Shown piece after piece: positions 26,051-32,000 of a stretch of 32,000 nt of DNA. The notes beneath the pieces are model-generated. The model did not search any database and was not told the origin of the DNA. It saw nothing but the letters and a program-made list of their open reading frames with translations. Source of the DNA: Candidatus Thorarchaeota archaeon (GTDB lineage: Archaea; Asgardarchaeota; Thorarchaeia; Thorarchaeales; Thorarchaeaceae). A program made the position numbers and the translations under genes. Each line of letters opens with the position of its first letter. Position 1 is the stretch's first letter. Location: NCBI GenBank assembly GCA_008080745.1, contig SHMX01000004.1, positions 120,001-152,000 of the forward strand. The letters are read 5' to 3'.

Positions 26051-28382
26051 ACCGTTAATTCTTGGTTCAGAACCAGAAAAAGATCCACTAGAATCACGGA
26101 CTCGACAAAGCATGATTGTGAGCTCTGATACAGAGATAGATTGGGATAGTCGAAGTGTAGAACAAAAGTGGTCATTTCCGATTCTTATTGGCTTTATCAC
26201 AATATTAGTAGTATTGTTTCAACCTATTCTTTCGATTTGTTTAACTATTATCATCCTATCTACCCTTTATTTTCTTCCTACTGTTTCAGCAAGAAGAGAA
26301 ATCGATTCTATCAGAAATAGTCAATGGATTATACTGAAGCCACGTGAAAATATTCTCTCGGAAACCGATGAAACTCTACTATATCGGGATAATGATGATA
26401 ATCGTCATTTAATAGGGTTAGAATTGTTTGAACCAAGTAACATGTTGTTTGGCTCTTTGGGAAGCATGATACGCTCTCTCAATACAGACCATGGTTTTGT
26501 GCTTCGTGTTTCTATGCGATTGGAATCGATAGAAGAAGTAATTAATCAAGATAGAATTCGTTCTAATAAGGAAGAGTATCTGGAATCACTTGGTAAATCT
26601 GGCAGGCATCGATTCATTTCTGTTAGAGGCGGGCTCTGGTCTACTTATGTAATGCTTGTTGGTCATCTTAGAGATTTACATTCGGTTTCTACCTTTGAAG
26701 CTGCTATACATGGGGCAGTTCCAACATCAGGTTGGAAACAAATCGAGAATAAAGATCTCGCTAAACGATTGACCATTCAGAAGAGCGATTATTTATCCCG
26801 GTTTTATGCTCTGGGTCATGAGCTATCGGAATGGCTTGTTCAATTACCCAGTGAGTTAGCGCCCGAAGTAGGAAGCAATGTGCCCAGTGAATTCCTATCT
26901 CCGATTAAAACTATAGCTTCTGATTATCCACTTGGAGTCGCTGTGAATCCTGAAACACTCCAGACTGGGCCTGTAGTCGGATTTAGTCATAATGATTTAG
27001 TGAATGGAACTTTAGTATGTGGTGGCACCAACGCAGAACGAAAGCGGATACTTGCACTCCTCATCCAGGCATTGATTGCTAAAGAAAAACGTGTTCTCCT
27101 CATAACTGGCAATCCAAATTATGGGGATTTGGCTGGTCTCACAGAGAATGTAATTACCTTGGAGCTGGGTCATGACTTTGTTCTTAACCCCGTTGATCCC
27201 GACAATGTACCAAGGACCGAGTATGTTGGGCAATTGATTTCTGCTTTGGAGATTTTGGCAGGAGCTGACCTTACAGGAGCTGCTGATCTTGAGATAGCAC
27301 TAAACCGAACAGTAGCAATTGGGAATACCACTGTGGCAGATGTTAGATTTGATACTGCAGAAGAATTGATGGATTCCCCATCGATTGATAAGACCTCTCA
27401 GACAACAAAACCAAGTAATAAGTCCCTAGTGGGTCTTGATGCAGTCCGACTATTGCATGAGGGATCTGGTGCTCGTGCATTTTATGGAACTCAAACCATC
27501 CCTATCCGTGATTTCACTAAAATTCCCTATACAGTTCTTACCATTAACCTAGGGTCTGTCGAACTGGATACATTTGCATTTGATTTATTGATGATGAAAT
27601 TAGCCGGTCTGAAACAAGATTCCGATTTTGTAGTGATTTTTAATGAACCACTAAATCTTGTTGCTAGAAATCGACGACATTATTACAGAATTCCATGGAT
27701 AGAGTTCCTTGCTAAACGTGTGAAAAAGAGGGGCCCATTAGTTGTAGCAATGGAACACCCTGCTGATTTTTCACCTGCAACTATTGGATTGTTGACTTCA
27801 TGTGTTTCATCTAGGTTACGAGAGTCAGTGGATGTAAAAGAGGCTGTTGATCTTCTTGGTCTAAGTGTTATTCAAACTGGGATGCATAGTAAAGCACGTC
27901 ATTCTTCAAGAGAAACTTCCTTTCTACGGGTTATCCCTGATGGAATGGCTGTTATTGCAAATACTGGTGGTGAATTAGGTTATCCCGTAAAACTGAATGA
28001 TTCCCCAGACCTCTCGGAGATGACATCAACCACAGATGTAACAAAGCGTCTGGCTGAATATACGACTTGTGTAAAAGAAAGTAGCTCTAGGAAGACAGAT
28101 TCATTAATTGAGCATGTGATGGGCCGGGATTACGAACATGGCATAGCAGTATTACGTCTTCTTCAAAGATATGAACCCCTTACCCAAGAGGCTGTTAGAA
28201 AATTCATCTCTACTACAACTGATGATGTTCCTGATATAGAAGCCATTTTGATGAAATTAGAACGTGGAAGTTTGATTCTGAAGGGACATGAAATTCACAG
28301 TGGTGTCTCTTATTTGAACTATCGATTGACAATGAAAGGAACAATGGCGTTGAGGCAAAACGGGGAGGATTTGATGAAATGA
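26043..28382 (+). CDS. Membrane-anchored HerA/VirB4-fold pseudo-ATPase with C-terminal winged helix
   Basis: Likely start ATG 26043 (GGAGG RBS); TM hairpin near the N-terminus; HerA-like scaffold TLVCGGTNAERK / VLLITGNPNY / LNPVD / VIFNEP / VVAMEHPADF with destroyed Walker A and D-to-N Walker B; wHTH-like end LMKLERGSLI...YRLTMKG. Confidence 0.65.
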   Translation: MGKPLILGSEPEKDPLESRTRQSMIVSSDTEIDWDSRSVEQKWSFPILIGFITILVVLFQPILSICLTIIILSTLYFLPTVSARREIDSIRNSQWIILKPRENILSETDETLLYRDNDDNRHLIGLELFEPSNMLFGSLGSMIRSLNTDHGFVLRVSMRLESIEEVINQDRIRSNKEEYLESLGKSGRHRFISVRGGLWSTYVMLVGHLRDLHSVSTFEAAIHGAVPTSGWKQIENKDLAKRLTIQKSDYLSRFYALGHELSEWLVQLPSELAPEVGSNVPSEFLSPIKTIASDYPLGVAVNPETLQTGPVVGFSHNDLVNGTLVCGGTNAERKRILALLIQALIAKEKRVLLITGNPNYGDLAGLTENVITLELGHDFVLNPVDPDNVPRTEYVGQLISALEILAGADLTGAADLEIALNRTVAIGNTTVADVRFDTAEELMDSPSIDKTSQTTKPSNKSLVGLDAVRLLHEGSGARAFYGTQTIPIRDFTKIPYTVLTINLGSVELDTFAFDLLMMKLAGLKQDSDFVVIFNEPLNLVARNRRHYYRIPWIEFLAKRVKKRGPLVVAMEHPADFSPATIGLLTSCVSSRLRESVDVKEAVDLLGLSVIQTGMHSKARHSSRETSFLRVIPDGMAVIANTGGELGYPVKLNDSPDLSEMTSTTDVTKRLAEYTTCVKESSSRKTDSLIEHVMGRDYEHGIAVLRLLQRYEPLTQEAVRKFISTTTDDVPDIEAILMKLERGSLILKGHEIHSGVSYLNYRLTMKGTMALRQNGEDLMK

Positions 28383-30586
28383 CGACGATATCCGACGTTC
28401 CGAATCCAATTGAACAGATTCTGCATTCCGCAGGGATAAAACCCCGTGGTGTTCAAAAGAAAGCCATCAAAGCTGGGATTTATGATGGTAAAAGCATCAT
28501 GGTTTCGAGCCCTACGGGATCTGGTAAGACTCTCATCGGAGAAATGGCTCTCCTCCGTGCAGTTCTGAGTGGTAAGAAGGGCCTTTATTTGGTTCCCCTT
28601 AGGGCCCTCGCAGTACAAGTAGCGTCAGTTTTGAAAGAACGATATTTTGATTCCGAGATAAGTGTCGGATTAAGTACTGGTGACTATCATACAGATGGTG
28701 AAGAACTATCTACTTATGATGTAATTGTCACCACCTATGAACGAACAGATTCGCTTCTTCGGAAAAAGACGTCTTGGCTAGGAGAGATTGGAACAGTAGT
28801 AATTGATGAGATTCAGACTTTAGCGGAAACTCAAAGAGGAGCTAGATTAGAATCTACTATCATCCGACTAAAACATCTAATTCCAGAAATACAGCTGATT
28901 GTTTTATCTGCAACCATTGGAGCTCCAGATGAACTTGCAGAATGGTTGAGGTGTGAACTCGTAGTATCAAACGACCGTCCGATTCCACTTCATTCTAACA
29001 TAATCACTACAAGTGACAAGAGTAATGCAGTGAAAGAGATTGTTATGACTACTGTCCAGAGTAATGGTCAGTGTTTAGTATTTCATAGAACCCGTCGTGA
29101 AGCAGAGGTTCAGGCGATAAGACTTTCTGCAGATGTTGGTCGTCAATTCACAGCAGAAGAGAAGAAGAAAATAGATGACGAGTTAGGTTCTGTAGTTAAT
29201 TGGGACGTTAAACTACCTGCAGGTCTAAAAGCACTTCTTCATGATGGTACTGCATATCACCATGCTGGACTGAATTATCTTGCCCGGAGATTGGTTGAGG
29301 ATTTATTCAGACGTGGTATGATTCGCGTAATCTGTGCAACCACTACTCTAGCATCAGGAATCGATCTTCCTGCTCGTACTGTTGTTCTTACATCTGTGAA
29401 AGAGCCATCAAATCACAATCAATTCATGTCTGGAAATAAAATTCATCAGATGCTTGGAAGAGCAGGACGTCCAGGATACGACAAACGGGGGGTAGGTGTA
29501 CTGCTTGCTGGAAGCTCTGGAGAAGCAGATGTTATCAGACGTAAATACTTCAAAACTTCATCTGTTACGGAGAATAAATCTGAGATTCTTCAGCCAAAGT
29601 ATGATCGATTGTTTAGTACTCTGAATGAAACAAATGCCGTAACTGAACAGCTACTTGTTGGATTTGATATGTTTGGGTCCACCACGGTTGAAAACATTGA
29701 ACAAAGCTTATTCTCTGACTCTTTTCTGATGTATTGTAGTATTCGTGACACGCGATCACCACACAGAATTCTTCAATTAGATGAACTATCATCAGAAACT
29801 GCAATCGAACGACATGCCCTCCAAGATGCTATTAGGTCTGCAAGACAGAATGTGCTTGCAAGTGTAAAAATTAGAGAAAGCACTGATTCTGTAATTGGAG
29901 GGATTGTAACTGGATGGGAAGGAGGTAATTTCACATCACGATTTTCTGCAAAGCTTTCACCTGATGGTACCGTGGAGGGTCCAATGTGCTCTTGTGGCAT
30001 CCCTTTTGACTCGAATGGTTTACTTTGTCCTCATTTGGTGGCCTTGGGTTTTACTGCGTCAAAGGAATTAGGTACATTAGCTGATTATGTAATTCCACTC
30101 GCATTATCTGAGAGTAATCCATTAGGAGTTCTTACAAGATTAGGACTTATAGAAGGCTCTGAAGATGGTGAATATAGGATAACCCATCTAGGTAGTGTGG
30201 TTAATCGTCTATATCTTAGCATCCCAACCATCAGAGAAATGATTGCTTTGTTACCTTTCACCAGTGATGTAGAAGATCTTCTTTGGCTTCTAAGACATTT
30301 GGCTTCAATTGAAACCGGGAGTTCTCTTGATGACTCCTATGAAAATCTTGTAGCTGGTGTTGCAAGCACGGATATGGAAATTAGTAAACTGGCAGAGAGT
30401 CTTGAACTACATGTTGGTGATGCTTACGGCCTTTTAGAAACATCAAGATGGCTTCTATCTGCAATCTCTGCAGTGAGTGAAATAGGAGGATTTGAAGAAT
30501 TGGTACAAAAATCAACGAACTTGCTGAAATCGTTGGATAATCGTTTAGGAAGAACTACTCCAGAAAATCAGGAGGATGAGGAATAA
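28379..30586 (+). CDS. Ski2-like (Hel308-type) SF2 helicase with inserted SWIM zinc finger
   Basis: GVQKKA, SPTGSGKT, DEIQ, SAT, HHAGL, TTTLASGIDLPA, QMLGRAGRPGYD; CSC-x10-CPH at 29987-30034. Confidence 0.92.
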   Translation: MTTISDVPNPIEQILHSAGIKPRGVQKKAIKAGIYDGKSIMVSSPTGSGKTLIGEMALLRAVLSGKKGLYLVPLRALAVQVASVLKERYFDSEISVGLSTGDYHTDGEELSTYDVIVTTYERTDSLLRKKTSWLGEIGTVVIDEIQTLAETQRGARLESTIIRLKHLIPEIQLIVLSATIGAPDELAEWLRCELVVSNDRPIPLHSNIITTSDKSNAVKEIVMTTVQSNGQCLVFHRTRREAEVQAIRLSADVGRQFTAEEKKKIDDELGSVVNWDVKLPAGLKALLHDGTAYHHAGLNYLARRLVEDLFRRGMIRVICATTTLASGIDLPARTVVLTSVKEPSNHNQFMSGNKIHQMLGRAGRPGYDKRGVGVLLAGSSGEADVIRRKYFKTSSVTENKSEILQPKYDRLFSTLNETNAVTEQLLVGFDMFGSTTVENIEQSLFSDSFLMYCSIRDTRSPHRILQLDELSSETAIERHALQDAIRSARQNVLASVKIRESTDSVIGGIVTGWEGGNFTSRFSAKLSPDGTVEGPMCSCGIPFDSNGLLCPHLVALGFTASKELGTLADYVIPLALSESNPLGVLTRLGLIEGSEDGEYRITHLGSVVNRLYLSIPTIREMIALLPFTSDVEDLLWLLRHLASIETGSSLDDSYENLVAGVASTDMEISKLAESLELHVGDAYGLLETSRWLLSAISAVSEIGGFEELVQKSTNLLKSLDNRLGRTTPENQEDEE

Positions 30587-32000
30587 TGGTAATCTCTGAG
30601 AAAAAGGAATCTAGTGTTATTGAATCTGACACAACGGAAGATGCTGAAACTGAATATGACATTGTTCGAGCTCTTCAGAAGACAGAGCATCTTACTCATA
30701 CATATGAGAATGGACTGGTACTAGGGGTACGATTAGAAGGTGTAACTGGAACACGAGGGGTACACCTTGATATCGTACATATTCTAGACCTTAGAAAAGC
30801 AGAATTCGGCAAGACCAATTTGGCCATGCGTGCTGCTGTATTGGAGAGTATGAATCGAAGCCTTGAATCACTTCTTGAAGATGTTGGTTTGAATGATTTT
30901 CTTGAGGAAAGAACATTCATCACTGCATGGGGTCGGGTTCGCATTCCAACAATTGGTTCCGCCAAGCACAATTCCAGATCAATGATTCACGAAACTCGAA
31001 CAGTCTATGTGATTGTGAAAGACACAAAACCATCTACTGATTTTTCTTGGCTCACTGAAACAAAAAGAGTGGTGACCCCTGACGAGTTTGCTTTAGTTCG
31101 AATTACCGACACCAAGTCTCTTCTTACCAACCTCCAGAAACAGATTGCATCAGAAAAATGGAAGATACTAGAAAGGGGTTTCCGTGATAGTTGGTTAGGA
31201 ATCATCTTCTCTTCTATAATTTTGGTGGGTATAGGAAGTATTGTTGGTGTTCTACTTGTCAATAATGGCAATGTCGCTTTGCCAATATTTGCAATTATCG
31301 GTGGAGTTCTGCTAGGCGGATACTTTCTTAGCTCTTCTCGTAGACATCTCTCCGATTTTCGAGAAATGGTTTGTGTGGAGGAACAAAAGCTCTCTGAGAT
31401 GTCTGATAAGACGCGGATAGAAGAATCTGTCCTTGAGAATATGGATAGTATGCGTTTACTAGGTGATTTGAATTTTGTAGTTTCACCACTGATGGCAAAG
31501 GCTGGGAATGCATTATCTGACCTAGATCTTGATGGTGCTGTTAGCTTTGCGTGTTCGGTTATGGATGAATGTATGCGTCTATCTTCTGCAGATTTGAGTA
31601 AATTAGAGGGTTCATTCATAGGTGGTGATGAAGGTATTGCAAAATTTGTTGGGTTATTTGGAGATTTGGGTGCTGAAGAATATGAAACAGACTTGGCATT
31701 AGCTTATGTCGCACTAACAGGCTATACTATCAGTCCCATATCTGCTGAAGAGGTCATCACTCATATAGCCACTCTAAATAACGCTCTATACCATATTGGA
31801 GCTCTTAGACCTGATATAAAAGAAATAATCGACGATTTACTGAATTCGCGTGCAGGTATGGAGGCTGTAGAATATCTAAATGAGGAGCTAAGCAAACCAG
31901 AAGAACCTATTCCGGAACCTAGTTTGCCATCCAAGAAACAAGAAGAAGCAACAATCGAAGATAAAGAAGACAGCTCTGAAGAATTAGATGCACTTAAAGA
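30586..32000 (+). CDS. Hypothetical two-TM membrane protein, runs off the right edge (over 470 aa; absent from the ORF track)
   Basis: Manual translation from ATG 30586 (TAATG overlap): MVISEKKESSVIES...; open to 32000; TM pair WLGIIFSSIILVGIGSIVGVLLV / LPIFAIIGGVLLGGYFL; acidic, Pro-rich end. Confidence 0.8.
   Translation, partial: MVISEKKESSVIESDTTEDAETEYDIVRALQKTEHLTHTYENGLVLGVRLEGVTGTRGVHLDIVHILDLRKAEFGKTNLAMRAAVLESMNRSLESLLEDVGLNDFLEERTFITAWGRVRIPTIGSAKHNSRSMIHETRTVYVIVKDTKPSTDFSWLTETKRVVTPDEFALVRITDTKSLLTNLQKQIASEKWKILERGFRDSWLGIIFSSIILVGIGSIVGVLLVNNGNVALPIFAIIGGVLLGGYFLSSSRRHLSDFREMVCVEEQKLSEMSDKTRIEESVLENMDSMRLLGDLNFVVSPLMAKAGNALSDLDLDGAVSFACSVMDECMRLSSADLSKLEGSFIGGDEGIAKFVGLFGDLGAEEYETDLALAYVALTGYTISPISAEEVITHIATLNNALYHIGALRPDIKEIIDDLLNSRAGMEAVEYLNEELSKPEEPIPEPSLPSKKQEEATIEDKEDSSEELDALK

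Noticed and set aside
26043-28382. Canonical HerA partner of the mre11-rad50 pair
   Set aside because: The Walker motifs are destroyed, it has a TM anchor and wHTH, it lies 10 kb away on the other strand, and no nurA is recognisable.
1505-30000. Other short ORFs nested in or antisense to long genes (e.g. 4084-4464, 6032-6481, 6824-7171, 23889-24305, 25188-25526)
   Set aside because: Fully overlapped by well-supported CDS, with no motifs or RBS support.
30696-31619. Minus-strand ORFs 30696-30971, 31005-31619 and 31328-31513
   Set aside because: Antisense shadows of the plus-strand ORF starting at 30586.
1-32000. CRISPR array, rRNA, transposase or integrase genes
   Set aside because: No regularly spaced repeats, rRNA-like sequence, or DDE/tyrosine/serine recombinase motifs were seen.

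Overview
Archaeal chromosomal window. RadA, XPD/Rad3, Hel308-type helicase and COG1340-like proteins, plus GGAG/GGTGA RBS motifs, point to archaea; an Asgard/Thorarchaeia-like origin is a moderate-confidence inference. The left 19 kb is mixed housekeeping and accessory DNA: two ABC-2 exporter modules, a coiled-coil protein behind a structured leader, a DMT transporter fused to an Lrp/AsnC ligand-binding domain plus a stand-alone Lrp domain, a gamma-carbonic anhydrase, a His-less PEP-utiliser swivel domain, a Vps62-like candidate, an FAD oxidoreductase, an mre11 plus hook-less mini-rad50 pair, a CPBP protease, a 7TM protein and a GH3-family ligase. A HAD hydrolase is interrupted by a 184-bp insertion with a 3-bp direct repeat and inverted pairs of TGGACA repeats. 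The right 12 kb (19852 to past the window end) is one tightly coupled operon of at least 11 genes. It combines a full-length but divergent RadA, a Zn-ribbon/wHTH protein, an Fe-S XPD-family helicase, a Hel308-like helicase with an inserted SWIM finger and no domain 5, a membrane-anchored catalytically dead HerA/VirB4-fold protein, two other membrane proteins and several unknowns. This operon is the best candidate for an undescribed system: a membrane-associated DNA transfer/recombination machine. All family calls come from motif reading only; no database searches were run.
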